Virus record (IMG/VR): IMGVR_UViG_3300035696_000004
Location: 96,001-160,000 of that record
From: a virus
Taxonomy: Duplodnaviria; Caudoviricetes
Strand: one strand, 5' to 3'
DNA length: 64,000 bases
Part shown: one piece after another, positions 47,613 to 56,879 of the stretch
Numbering within the stretch: position 1 is the first letter of the stretch
Layout of the letters: each line of letters opens with the position of its first letter
Translations under genes and position numbers: made by a program
Notes under the pieces: generated by a model
Seen by the model: the letters and a program-made list of their open reading frames with translations, nothing else
What the model was told of the DNA's origin: nothing
Database searches by the model: none

Positions 47613-47801
47613 TTATTTCTTGGCGGCGATGCTCGACAGGAACGCCTTGACGTAATCGTCAAGAAACTCGTTTTCACGAATATCCCTGAACTTGAGAACG
47701 AACCGCTTCAGGGTATCTTCCCGTAGCCCGGGGTGCACTTTAATCGCGGCTTCGAGTAGCGACTTGAGTGCGAGGGCTTGCGTTGTTGTCGATCTGCTCA
47801 T
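47613..47801 (-). CDS. small hypothetical protein
   Basis: 62 aa, ATGA overlap. Confidence 0.65.
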   Translation of the reverse strand: MSRSTTTQALALKSLLEAAIKVHPGLREDTLKRFVLKFRDIRENEFLDDYVKAFLSSIAAKK

Positions 47802-48016
47802 GGTGCGGTTTCGGCCTGCTGTTCTTTCTCCAGCAGATCCGCGTACTCCGTGAACATTTTTGCATCGCGAGAAAACTTCGAGTACGCGATATCACCCGGA
47901 CCGCAGGCCTCTGCCATTTCTTTCGACATGTTAGCCAGATCGCGCGCTTCGGCGAGGGTGAGACCGGGAACCTTGGATTTGTAAAGGACGAGACAACCGA
48001 GTTCGGCTGGAGTCAT
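47798..48016 (-). CDS. small hypothetical protein
   Basis: 72 aa, AGGAG SD. Confidence 0.7.
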   Translation of the reverse strand: MTPAELGCLVLYKSKVPGLTLAEARDLANMSKEMAEACGPGDIAYSKFSRDAKMFTEYADLLEKEQQAETAP

Positions 48017-48042
48017 TTTGTTCTCCTGGTGTTAGATAGGGT

Positions 48043-48531
48043 TCAGTTGAAATGGTCGTGGGCTTCTTTCAGACCACATCCCATGGTCGCGCGGTAAAAT
48101 TTCACCGCTTCGATCTTTTTACCTTGTGCGATGAGCTCTTTGCACTGGCGGTCGAGGTCGTCGACACTGATGGTGCTCGCAGGTAGCATCTGCTTACGCA
48201 GTTCATCAAGCTCACGGCGATAGCTGTTGATCACCGTGCTGAGGAGGCTCTCGTATGCCATCTTTTCTTCCATGGTCGGAGGATTCGATGCGAAGGGGAG
48301 TTGTTCGACCTCCTTTACCGTTTCTTGAAGAATCTTGACCAGAGAGTTCGGACTGTCGGTCAGATCGTACGGTCCCGGGCTCACGTGCTTCTTGACGAGG
48401 GCGCCTAGGACGATCAGAGGTTTGGCTACCTCGAGCTTCTCCTCGAGCTCCATGGTTTTGGCAGCTTGCTTGGCCAACTGCTCCCGGACTTCAGCGAGGG
48501 TGAGGCAGGTTGAAACAAAAGATTCGGACAT
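48043..48531 (-). CDS. coiled-coil protein with C-terminal ribosomal bL12-CTD-like motif
   Basis: GKKIEAVKFYRATMGCGLKEAHD vs E. coli L7/L12 [22 protein letters not shown]. Confidence 0.7.
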   Translation of the reverse strand: MSESFVSTCLTLAEVREQLAKQAAKTMELEEKLEVAKPLIVLGALVKKHVSPGPYDLTDSPNSLVKILQETVKEVEQLPFASNPPTMEEKMAYESLLSTVINSYRRELDELRKQMLPASTISVDDLDRQCKELIAQGKKIEAVKFYRATMGCGLKEAHDHFN

Positions 48532-48563
48532 TGGGTACTCCTTGTTAGTAGAGAGTGGTGCCG

Positions 48564-49010
48564 TCAGTGGTCGAGTGACCGGGTAATGACAGCACCGACC
48601 AGGCCGGCGAGCGACAGAAGCTCACCTTCCAGTGCCCGCAAACGACGCATGTCGTCGTCGGTGTATTTGGAGGGATCCGAGGGGAGATCATCCACGACCC
48701 CGTGGACGATTTCTTTGAGCGGGAAGCGGACCTCGAGGACGACCTCTTGACCTGCGTCTTGGCTCGTATCGGCGTACGCCATGACGGTCCGGTGCAGCAA
48801 TCCGTCGAGGGCGTTGCTGTCGGTGAGTAGGCAGTCGTAACCGGGTTTGTTCTTGTTCTTGACGTAATCGACGATGTCGATCGTTGCCACGAAACGAGCA
48901 CGACCGCTATCATCAACCGGAAGGATCCTTTTCGAAATGGCGTCATCGCCAGAGGCGCTGTCTTGATCCGAATTCTGAATCGGGGGTTTCTTCATGAAAC
49001 GTTTGAACAT
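48564..49010 (-). CDS. hypothetical protein
   Basis: Likely start 49010 (MFKRFMKK) after AAGGA. Confidence 0.65.
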   Translation of the reverse strand: MFKRFMKKPPIQNSDQDSASGDDAISKRILPVDDSGRARFVATIDIVDYVKNKNKPGYDCLLTDSNALDGLLHRTVMAYADTSQDAGQEVVLEVRFPLKEIVHGVVDDLPSDPSKYTDDDMRRLRALEGELLSLAGLVGAVITRSLDH

Positions 49011-49020
49011 GGTTTTCCTT

Positions 49021-49572
49021 TCACCACTTCGTGTTTTCAGACCAGGTCGATCCTTCAAGAACTTCCATCGACCATGGCTTGTTACCAGCATAGTGCCACC
49101 CGAGGTCCTTAATGTATCGAGCCGGAAGGGTGCTGCCTTGTTTGGTTCGGATCACGACACCGCGGTCTGTGTCGGGATAGGTAGTTTTGCACGGCAAAAA
49201 CCCGGCCCGCAATGCGCTTCGCACGGAGACCGGAGTGAGTTGGTCACCCACAACCGCGAAGAACATGTGGGGCGGACTCGACAGTGCCAGTGTGACTTCT
49301 TCAACCTCCTTCTCTTCCGGGGACGACAAGTTGGTCATGAGCGCAGAGAGATTGCCGAGACCCAGTGCGTTGGCTAGGAGCTCGAAAGGGTGTTGGTTAT
49401 CCCAACCACGACCCGTTCGGATCTCGGACGACTCGACCCGATCAATCGATTGCATGAAGTCTGCGAATGCGGTACGGAATTCGGATTCCGTTTCACCTTC
49501 ATGCGGCTGACGGAAGTTGCGCAGCTCGGCGCGATCTTTGAGGGATTCAAAATCCGGGAAAGACATCGGCAT
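49021..49572 (-). CDS. hypothetical phage protein
   Basis: 183 aa; MSFPDFESL...FRQP.EGETE N-terminal module. Confidence 0.7.
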   Translation of the reverse strand: MPMSFPDFESLKDRAELRNFRQPHEGETESEFRTAFADFMQSIDRVESSEIRTGRGWDNQHPFELLANALGLGNLSALMTNLSSPEEKEVEEVTLALSSPPHMFFAVVGDQLTPVSVRSALRAGFLPCKTTYPDTDRGVVIRTKQGSTLPARYIKDLGWHYAGNKPWSMEVLEGSTWSENTKW

Positions 49573-49586
49573 GGTGAATTCTTTCT

Positions 49587-49895
49587 TTATTTGAGTTGGT
49601 CGGCCAGGGCTTCCGAAGGATCACGGATGAATTCGTAAATGGCTTGGTTAGCCGCGGCATCGAAGGCAAAACCAGCGGCTATTTTATCCATGAGGTCCAT
49701 CTTGTTGCACAAGGTTTCGAAACGCTCCATGTATGCCGAGCGGTGTGCAGTCAGCAGGGTTTTTAAAGCCCGTGCGAATTCGACATAATCCTCCAAATAG
49801 AGGAGTGTGGCGATCGCATCAGAGGCGATATGGGTCTTGTACAGCTCGACGAGTTTCTCGAGTACTGTACGTTGTTCGGGGGTCAGCATGACCAT
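49587..49895 (-). CDS. hypothetical protein
   Basis: Likely start 49895 or 49889; AAGGA SD. Confidence 0.65.
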   Translation of the reverse strand: MVMLTPEQRTVLEKLVELYKTHIASDAIATLLYLEDYVEFARALKTLLTAHRSAYMERFETLCNKMDLMDKIAAGFAFDAAANQAIYEFIRDPSEALADQLK

Positions 49896-49899
49896 TCCT

Positions 49900-50295
49900 T
49901 TAGTAGACGGGTTTGCTGAGCCGTGCAAGAAGATCCGTCACCATAACAGCAACGTCAGAAGGGTTCTCGGTATTGTGTTCGATCCAGGTTTCCAGCTGTT
50001 GGGCAATCGCTAAGGAAGCGATCGCTGTCAATTTCGAAATGACGATTACTCTTTCCAGAGCAAAACCCTTTCCAATACCGTCGAAAAAGGACGGGTACTT
50101 CAATTGAGTTCTGTCGCAGCACAATTGTGCGATTATCTCGAGTTTCCCGGAGACTTCGCTTGCCAGCACACGCTGGTCGGCGGCGGTCTTGACGAAGTCG
50201 TAGTCCGTTTTCTTGAGAAATTCTTCGAGAGCATACACGAGGGACTTTGCATGGTCTTTTTGGATATGCTCGAACAGCTCTTTGTCAAACGACAT
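49900..50295 (-). CDS. hypothetical protein
   Basis: 131 aa, GAGGA SD. Confidence 0.7.
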   Translation of the reverse strand: MSFDKELFEHIQKDHAKSLVYALEEFLKKTDYDFVKTAADQRVLASEVSGKLEIIAQLCCDRTQLKYPSFFDGIGKGFALERVIVISKLTAIASLAIAQQLETWIEHNTENPSDVAVMVTDLLARLSKPVY

Positions 50296-50307
50296 GAGAT
50301 CCTCTTT

Positions 50308-50694
50308 TCAGTGATTGCTGGACACTCGGCCGAGCAGTTCTTTCATGGTGGCGTCCGCAGCGGCGATGTTGAGATTCTCCAGTCCCTTTATTTTTTCAAG
50401 GAGCTTTTGATGCATGATCGCCATCGTCTGGGTCTGAAAGAAGACCGCCACGTAGCTGAACTCAAGACCGTTCATCTCGTCGCGATTAAGAGTACCGTTG
50501 ATAAGAAGCTGCTTTGCAACCTCTTCACCGGCACCGTAGAGCATCCCCATGATCTGGGTATTGACCATTTTTTTGTGTTCTTTCGAAACGAGCATTTCGG
50601 GATCGAAAGAACCCAACAGTTGATCGATGGTGGGGATGAGCGCTTTCGCCCCCATTGCGCAGATTTCATCCAGTTTAGTAAAATCGATGTTCAT
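50308..50694 (-). CDS. hypothetical protein
   Basis: 128 aa, AAGGAG SD. Confidence 0.7.
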   Translation of the reverse strand: MNIDFTKLDEICAMGAKALIPTIDQLLGSFDPEMLVSKEHKKMVNTQIMGMLYGAGEEVAKQLLINGTLNRDEMNGLEFSYVAVFFQTQTMAIMHQKLLEKIKGLENLNIAAADATMKELLGRVSSNH

Positions 50695-50737
50695 GTTCGT
50701 TACTCCTTATTAAAGTGGCAGAGACAGGTCAGGTGAT

Positions 50738-50923
50738 CTAGCGCCAGTCAGACGGGCGATGTACGACGCCGCCTTCGGGTACGTAATGGACACTACCGGG
50801 TTCGCAGTAGGCGCAGGTGCGATATCCCGGTCCGAGGTATACTTGGCGCGCCGGAACAACAACGCAGCCTGTGAAGAGGCTGCAAAGCAGCCCAATGAGC
50901 ATGATCTTAAGTGCGGTTTTCAT
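50738..50923 (-). CDS. small putative lipoprotein
   Basis: MKTALKIMLIGLLCSLFTG-CVVVPAR lipobox-like signal; GGAG SD. Confidence 0.7.
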   Translation of the reverse strand: MKTALKIMLIGLLCSLFTGCVVVPARQVYLGPGYRTCAYCEPGSVHYVPEGGVVHRPSDWR

Positions 50924-50927
50924 GGCA

Positions 50928-51218
50928 TTACTCCAATCTGTTTTTGGTGTTGTGCACGTGGCGTTTTACACACCACGGTGCTTTATCTTCGTTCGATTTC
51001 AACTGAACGCCCTGGATAGTCTTGAACGCTTCGATGGCGTCAGCGAGTTGTTTCCGAGCAGCGTCGATGAGCTCGGCGTACTCTTCATCACTTTTATCGC
51101 TCGCGTCATCAAAGTTCGTATTCGTAACGACCCAGCGCTTCAACTGATCGTCGTACTTGAACTTTACGTTGTAAAGCTCGTCCTTGTGCTGGACCTGTAC
51201 TTGGATTCCAAGCGACAT
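50928..51218 (-). CDS. hypothetical protein
   Basis: 96 aa, AAGGAG SD. Confidence 0.7.
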   Translation of the reverse strand: MSLGIQVQVQHKDELYNVKFKYDDQLKRWVVTNTNFDDASDKSDEEYAELIDAARKQLADAIEAFKTIQGVQLKSNEDKAPWCVKRHVHNTKNRLE

Positions 51219-51227
51219 GATAGCTCC

Positions 51228-51650
51228 TTAGCGATGAAATCGACCGTCTTGAAGAAGGGCGTTTTCTACCGCTTCTTTCGTGAGACCCGAGATCTTCACG
51301 AAGTGGTAGGCTTTGTACTTAGCCCAGAAAACTCCCAGCGTCCCAAGGCAAACCATGGCTTGAAGCTCACTGTGTCCGTTGGAGATATACAGATACAAGA
51401 AGGAGGCAAGGGTGATAATGATCGGGTTCCCCGATACATACATCACGTTACCGACGAACTTGCTGCGCTGTGTGCGTTTGTTCAGCTCCGGCCACCGATA
51501 CATCACGGAGGCCATCACGACGAATGCAGACCAGTCGGCGCCCTTTTGGGTGAAGTATTTGTAGTTCGAAATAATAATCCCCGAACCAATGGCGGTCAAG
51601 GTAGAAAGGGTCCAACCAGACAGTAAAAACACCATGATGAACTTAGACAT
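51228..51650 (-). CDS. membrane protein (3-4 TM)
   Basis: Likely start 51650 (MSKFIMVF); hydrophobic segments. Confidence 0.65.
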   Translation of the reverse strand: MSKFIMVFLLSGWTLSTLTAIGSGIIISNYKYFTQKGADWSAFVVMASVMYRWPELNKRTQRSKFVGNVMYVSGNPIIITLASFLYLYISNGHSELQAMVCLGTLGVFWAKYKAYHFVKISGLTKEAVENALLQDGRFHR

Positions 51651-51736
51651 GATTCGATACTCCGTATTAAGGTTAACAACGAAAAGAAGGTCTCTATGGA
51701 AAACCACCGGGGCTCGATGGTCTTCGGTCGAGAGCC

Positions 51737-52159
51737 TCATGCGGCTACCGCGACAGTCTCCAAATCGCGACTACCGATGAATCCGTAATCATCGAAGTCC
51801 AATTCGGAATAGGTGACTTGTTTGGCGTATAGCCAATGCAGTTCGCTCAGCAGGTGCTGGGCCTTTTCGGGCAGGGCGATACGCTGTGCCTCGAAAACGT
51901 AGTAGTAGGTATCGTGGTCGACACAAATGTCGCCATGGACGATACCCATACGGGTTGCTCTCGGGTACAGGCAACTCTCGATCTTGCCGCCGCGAGCAAC
52001 TTCACGTGCCAGGTTCATGAAGAAGAGCGGTAGCCTGGCCGCCCACCCCCCTGTTTTGTAAAAGTGCACCTTGACGGACTTTCCGTCATCGACGTAGGTG
52101 ACTTTCTTTACGTCTTGGAGACGAATCTCCAGATCGCGTATGACATCACTGGCATCCAT
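51737..52159 (-). CDS. hypothetical protein
   Basis: Likely start 52159 (MDASDV) after GGAGG. Confidence 0.65.
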   Translation of the reverse strand: MDASDVIRDLEIRLQDVKKVTYVDDGKSVKVHFYKTGGWAARLPLFFMNLAREVARGGKIESCLYPRATRMGIVHGDICVDHDTYYYVFEAQRIALPEKAQHLLSELHWLYAKQVTYSELDFDDYGFIGSRDLETVAVAA

Positions 52160-52160
52160 G

Positions 52161-52670
52161 TTACCCTCCGGAATTCTCAGGTTTGTTGAAAGCAGCGTTT
52201 TTGGCTTCCGTGAACGCTTGTTGAAACTCCATACCACCGTTGAGTGCTTCGATGCGAAGTTGCTCTTCGCGATCCCGGCCCGTACGGTAGATCTCGGGGT
52301 CGAGCGAGAAATCGTAGTACCAGTCGTGATTCTCGAGCTTCTCCTTGAACAGATCCAGCGGCGTCATGAAGCGCCGAAGGTCCTTGAACTTGGCTTCGTA
52401 GTACTGCCGGAGCCGGTTCAGTTTGTTGACGTAGCGATCTTCCATGAGTCGACACGCCGATTGAGCACGTTCATCCATGGCGAGATCCTGGTGCTCGATG
52501 TATTCGAGGATCCCTTGCAGACCGTGGTGCCGGGCCGCTTTGAACAGGTTGGCTTCTTCCTGGGCGCTCTGGAACAGATCGTAGAGCGTATCCGTTTCGA
52601 AGACCCAGCGATGCTTTTTGAGCGCTTCGATCAAAGCTTCGAGCGTATCGATTTGTTGAGGGGCAGGCAT
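52161..52670 (-). CDS. hypothetical protein with a tandem H-x-W module
   Basis: LKKHRWVFE and LENHDWYYD repeats; first gene after the early promoter. Confidence 0.7.
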   Translation of the reverse strand: MPAPQQIDTLEALIEALKKHRWVFETDTLYDLFQSAQEEANLFKAARHHGLQGILEYIEHQDLAMDERAQSACRLMEDRYVNKLNRLRQYYEAKFKDLRRFMTPLDLFKEKLENHDWYYDFSLDPEIYRTGRDREEQLRIEALNGGMEFQQAFTEAKNAAFNKPENSGG

Positions 52671-52729
52671 GATTGTTACTCCTTACTATCGTGGTAAAAG
52701 ATCGACATTAGTTGTACGTTCTTGCATGA

Positions 52730-52780
52730 TTACTACCTAAAGTCATGCGAGTAATATGTCAGTGAAATAATCTGGAATCG
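52730..52780 (-). promoter_or_regulatory. extended early promoter element, copy 2
   Basis: CGATTCCAGATTATTTCA-N4-CATATTAC-N5-TGACTTTAGGTAGTAA. Confidence 0.8.
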
Positions 52781-52790
52781 TCCTTTTTGA

Positions 52791-52826
52791 GGGCATAGAG
52801 GGAGGCCTCGCGGCCTCCCTCTTTTA
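52791..52826 (-). terminator. hairpin terminator followed by CTATGCCC
   Basis: AGAGGGAGGCC/GGCCTCCCTCT 11-bp stem. Confidence 0.75.
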
Positions 52827-53282
52827 CTCGTAAATCTCGATTTCCATCGGCAAATCATCCAGCCACTTCACCATCAACTCCTTCACACCACCCCATCCGA
52901 GTTTCCCCTTACCGCAGCCAAGTCTAGGAAATGCAATTCGTTCCACTCCCCAGAATCGCCAGAGTCGACAAAACTCCTGAAGACCTTCATCAATGTATTC
53001 CATCTTGGATGGATTTCTCCAATCCACCTTTGTTGGAAAGAGCAAGATACGTTTACCGTTCCACGTTGCCTGACTGGTCACCATGATACAGCGTAACGTT
53101 TCATCGCCATTGCGAAAGTTGTTGATGTTGCAGAAGCCTTTATAGATCGCCTCCAGTCCATCGTACCGCTGTTTAAAAGCGAGGGCGAGTCCGTTACCCA
53201 TAGTCCCGACAATGTTGACAGGTACGACCAATACATCCATGTTGGATTGGAAGATGTCTCCATTGGGGACAAAGGTAATCAT
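52824..53282 (-). CDS. macrodomain (Poa1p/DarG-N-like) ADP-ribose-processing protein
   Basis: GDIF, VVPVNIVGTMGNGLA..FK, FPTK.DWR, IAFPRLGCGKG.L.W. Confidence 0.85.
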   Translation of the reverse strand: MITFVPNGDIFQSNMDVLVVPVNIVGTMGNGLALAFKQRYDGLEAIYKGFCNINNFRNGDETLRCIMVTSQATWNGKRILLFPTKVDWRNPSKMEYIDEGLQEFCRLWRFWGVERIAFPRLGCGKGKLGWGGVKELMVKWLDDLPMEIEIYE

Positions 53283-53668
53283 CTCTGCTGCTCCAGTTTC
53301 TTCTGTAGGGCTGCAAAGGCCGAGGCCTCCTTATCGATCTTCTCTTGCTTGACCAAACTGATGCGCATGATCTCCTCCACGATATACGTGGGTTGAGCAA
53401 GGAGTTCGAAAATAGAGCACCCGAACTTCTCCGCGACTTTCCGTTCTTCGAACTGTGCTATTCTGTCGAACAGAGGGGATATCTTGACAGTGTCCTCGCA
53501 GTCATGATGCGCGACCACTTTCATGGTGTGCGGATCCCTGTCGTTGATGTGGTCGTAGATCCCGTAATCGGTATCGTACTTCTCAGCCATGTACAATCTG
53601 GCATCCGTAGACACGAGATTCACATTGCTGATATCGAAGGCACGAGATAGCTCGGCTTGATGATTCAC
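53279..53668 (-). CDS. conserved phiKZ-like protein (tail/baseplate assembly chaperone-like)
   Basis: 129 aa, directly downstream of the hub-assembly-like gene. Confidence 0.55.
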   Translation of the reverse strand: MNHQAELSRAFDISNVNLVSTDARLYMAEKYDTDYGIYDHINDRDPHTMKVVAHHDCEDTVKISPLFDRIAQFEERKVAEKFGCSIFELLAQPTYIVEEIMRISLVKQEKIDKEASAFAALQKKLEQQR

Positions 53669-53712
53669 CTTGCTTCCGAATAAAGGATCTATTGCGTGCT
53701 GACCACCCCCTT

Positions 53713-55329
53713 TTAGCGTAGGTAGATTCTCTCCGCCGCCTGTTCGACCAGGATAAAAAAAACGCTCACAGCATCGATCGGGACCAGGTGCGGATGGCGC
53801 GGAAGCTTGTTCTCTTCCCGTTCATCTACCGACGGAACAGCGATGACGGAGTAGCAGGTGTCGTCGATGAAATCCCGTACACCATCGAAGAACTTTTCAC
53901 GAGCCTCGTCGTTCGAACTGAGTTCCGACAGGACATTGTTGATGTCTTCGCGGGACTCAATCACCCCGTTGCCAACTTCGATCGACGCAACAAAGTGCGC
54001 GTAATCGCGCATGATTGTCGCTTGACCTTGGCGCCAGATGTATCGGTTGCGTTCGTCGGGGTCTTGTTGCAGACCGAAGGCACGATCGACCATCGTAACG
54101 ATGCCGTCCACCCACTGCTGACCGCTGTCGAGGTGTTCGCGAATGGACGGGCTCTTCAAGTTAATGGAGAGCACTTCGTTCAGTTCGAGCTTACGACCCT
54201 TGTCGAGGGCAAACTCGTCGCGATACTTCTGGATCGATGCCAGAGTCATGGAGCCGGACGTACGCTGGCTCATGTGTTGCTTCTGCCATTTCGTCAGCGA
54301 ATTGCTGTCGGTCCATTGGAGACGACCCAGTGCTACCATTTCTTTGACGGTATAGTCCACCTTCCCGCCTTCACCCAGGATGGAGCGGCTGTATTGGAAG
54401 CCGTTCGGGTAGATAGCGAGTGCAAAGCCCCACGCCAGATGCTGGAGATCCTGAGCCGTGATCAAGTCCAGAACCGCAGCACCTTGCTTTTCTTTGATCG
54501 TCGTATCGAAGATATGTTCGATCACCGTCTGGACGAGGATGTTAGCGATGAACACACCCATGTTCGAGAACACGGCACCGTTGGTCATGCGACCGAGACG
54601 GATCTTCTCATCCGCGATGCGGCGCTCCATCTCGAGTACGGTACTGTCACTCGGGGTCTTGAGGGTCAGCCAGAAACCCGAATGCCACAACGGGATCTGT
54701 ACGACGCCCCCAAGACCGATGGATTGACGAACACGCATGACGGCGGCTTCACCGGTGAGCTTGTTGTCGTCACCGACGAAGTTGACCTTGGGAGGCGCTG
54801 CCCGCATGCGGCCGGCTTCACCTTCGACGTATTGGAGCCATCTCGAATCTTCACGATCGACGGAAGCCGTAAAGCTTTCCTTGTCCGGAAGCCCCGGAGA
54901 GATTCGGAAACCTTCCTGGAGAGTCTGCATCCACTCTTGGCCGGGCTCAACGTTGGGGCGTTGTTCGGCTTTTCGTTGGACATCGACACGTCGACCACTC
55001 GGCAGCACCAGCGTAATGGCGTCTTCGTTCCACTTCTTGCCTTCGGCGAGAGGGATCAAACACGCGTAATCTTCTTGCGTGGTTTTGGAGTCCGTTTGTT
55101 CGATCACCGGTGCGGTGATATCGATGGATTCCTCGTCATCCTGGGGACTGGGAATGACAGGCATTTCGGCTTCTGGGAGTTCCGACACCAGTCGACCACG
55201 ACCATGGTGTCCGTGGTGTGCAGGGGTCTCGGGGCCTGGGTCTTCAGCCTTGCTGGGTTCTTGCGCACTCGATACGAGCGTGATCTCGGGGGCTTCGCCG
55301 AATTCATCCTGGCGATCGGTCTCTTCCAT
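53713..55329 (-). CDS. phiKZ-like baseplate hub assembly protein (T4 gp26-like)
   Basis: QIPLWHSGFWLTLKTP, IYPNGFQY, PIDAVSVFF; acidic disordered N-terminus. Confidence 0.65.
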   Translation of the reverse strand: MEETDRQDEFGEAPEITLVSSAQEPSKAEDPGPETPAHHGHHGRGRLVSELPEAEMPVIPSPQDDEESIDITAPVIEQTDSKTTQEDYACLIPLAEGKKWNEDAITLVLPSGRRVDVQRKAEQRPNVEPGQEWMQTLQEGFRISPGLPDKESFTASVDREDSRWLQYVEGEAGRMRAAPPKVNFVGDDNKLTGEAAVMRVRQSIGLGGVVQIPLWHSGFWLTLKTPSDSTVLEMERRIADEKIRLGRMTNGAVFSNMGVFIANILVQTVIEHIFDTTIKEKQGAAVLDLITAQDLQHLAWGFALAIYPNGFQYSRSILGEGGKVDYTVKEMVALGRLQWTDSNSLTKWQKQHMSQRTSGSMTLASIQKYRDEFALDKGRKLELNEVLSINLKSPSIREHLDSGQQWVDGIVTMVDRAFGLQQDPDERNRYIWRQGQATIMRDYAHFVASIEVGNGVIESREDINNVLSELSSNDEAREKFFDGVRDFIDDTCYSVIAVPSVDEREENKLPRHPHLVPIDAVSVFFILVEQAAERIYLR

Positions 55330-55335
55330 GTTTTG

Positions 55336-55911
55336 TTACTCCTTGTTTTCAGCAGCCGGCACGTCTTGTGCGGATTCGGTTTCGGGTTTTGCTTCTTCGG
55401 CAGGTTCCGTGAAGCGCTTGACCGGGTCGATGCCGGCTTCGACGTCTTCGACGATCTGGGTAAGCGCTTTGAGACGCAGCTCCGCCGCATTCGTTTGTTC
55501 GAGGATGTGATTGACCGTCGGGGTCAGGACGGATTCCGCCTTCAGGGCGAAGGCGCTGTAGAGTTCCAGAATCTGGAAGGGCACGGTGGAGAAGACTTCT
55601 TCCATCGTCGTGTCACGGCGACCGTATTCTTTGTGTTGGTCGTAGATTTGGTTGAGCTCAAGCGCCATGGATTCGATGTCACGACGCAGGGTGCGGACGT
55701 TGATCAGGAACGTGGCCCCGTCGGCGATTTGTGCGATCAACTCTTTGCGATTCAGCACGATGCCGAGGGCGCTTTGGGACGCCAGACCCAGCGAACATTT
55801 CTTGTACATGTCGTCCAGGTCGCGCCACAGATCACGGCTTTGCGATTCAGCGAGGTCCGCTTTTTTCTTCTGTTCGTCACGCTCCATGCGGTTCAGCGAT
55901 TTCTTGGTCAT
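55336..55911 (-). CDS. conserved phiKZ-like helical protein
   Basis: 191 aa, AGGAG SD. Confidence 0.65.
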   Translation of the reverse strand: MTKKSLNRMERDEQKKKADLAESQSRDLWRDLDDMYKKCSLGLASQSALGIVLNRKELIAQIADGATFLINVRTLRRDIESMALELNQIYDQHKEYGRRDTTMEEVFSTVPFQILELYSAFALKAESVLTPTVNHILEQTNAAELRLKALTQIVEDVEAGIDPVKRFTEPAEEAKPETESAQDVPAAENKE

Positions 55912-56042
55912 TCTTCTCTCCAGGCGATGTGAAATAGGTATCTTAAATGAGAATACTTTGATTGAGTTTAAAGAGCAGTGACACTCGGGCTATACCATGC
56001 CCGCGCTCTGTATTTTTTAACGATTACTGGGAACTTACTTCC

Positions 56043-56879
56043 ATGCAAGCGGATATCAGAGAATATTTAACAGCGACGGTGACACCCGAACTCTTAACGG
56101 TGATCGAAGAAGCCCTCGATATGTTCGAACGGGTCGGTCTCAACGATTGCGACAGTCAGTTGCAGGAAATCCTGTTGTCTGCGAGTGCGATGGATATGCA
56201 CGAGCCTAACGATGCAATTATCGATCTGATCAATTCCAGTCAGGTGTTCATCCTGAAGCAACATAGTATCGTTTTAAATGATGGGGCACCGATTACGGTG
56301 AGGACCCAGATTATCAATGGTCTCCTGGATCTCGAGGATTATGAAAGTCCTGAGATGGTCGTCCTGGCCGCCCGGATTGATGGTGATCCGGTCGAGCGTT
56401 TGGCTGAAGTTCTGAGCCTGACTACGCTCTTTACAGCAGACGAACTCGCCCCGTATTTTGAGGATGTCTCTGTCAGTCTCCTCAATCTCATCATCGATCA
56501 AGCGACTCTCAAAATCAACGTCCAACTCGATGAAGAACCTGCTGCTTCGTTTGATGACAAACCTGCCGCAAAATACTTCCTGGATCTCGGTGCACCTGAT
56601 CTCATCATCATGCGATACATCCGCGACGGGATGCATATCGGATATCCGCTCAAAGTGTATCTCGACCAATTTGGTCATGAGCTCGAAGACCTACCGGTAC
56701 AATCGATCGCACAAAATCTGATCATGACGTGTCTCGTTTCGTCCGATGCCAAAGACACGATCAAAGCTTCGATTGACTTGTGTATCGACATGTACATCAC
56801 GGACATCAATGTCATCACTCGCGTCGGGCAAGAAATCAATACGCAACTCGCCAGGATGGTGAACCATGAAAAAGTTTGA
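56043..56879 (+). CDS. conserved phiKZ-like acidic helical protein
   Basis: Likely start 56043 (MQADIREYL); overlaps the RNAP subunit start. Confidence 0.65.
   Translation: MQADIREYLTATVTPELLTVIEEALDMFERVGLNDCDSQLQEILLSASAMDMHEPNDAIIDLINSSQVFILKQHSIVLNDGAPITVRTQIINGLLDLEDYESPEMVVLAARIDGDPVERLAEVLSLTTLFTADELAPYFEDVSVSLLNLIIDQATLKINVQLDEEPAASFDDKPAAKYFLDLGAPDLIIMRYIRDGMHIGYPLKVYLDQFGHELEDLPVQSIAQNLIMTCLVSSDAKDTIKASIDLCIDMYITDINVITRVGQEINTQLARMVNHEKV

Noticed and set aside
53788-55932. 714-aa plus-strand ORF
   Set aside because: Antisense shadow spanning two bona fide minus-strand genes
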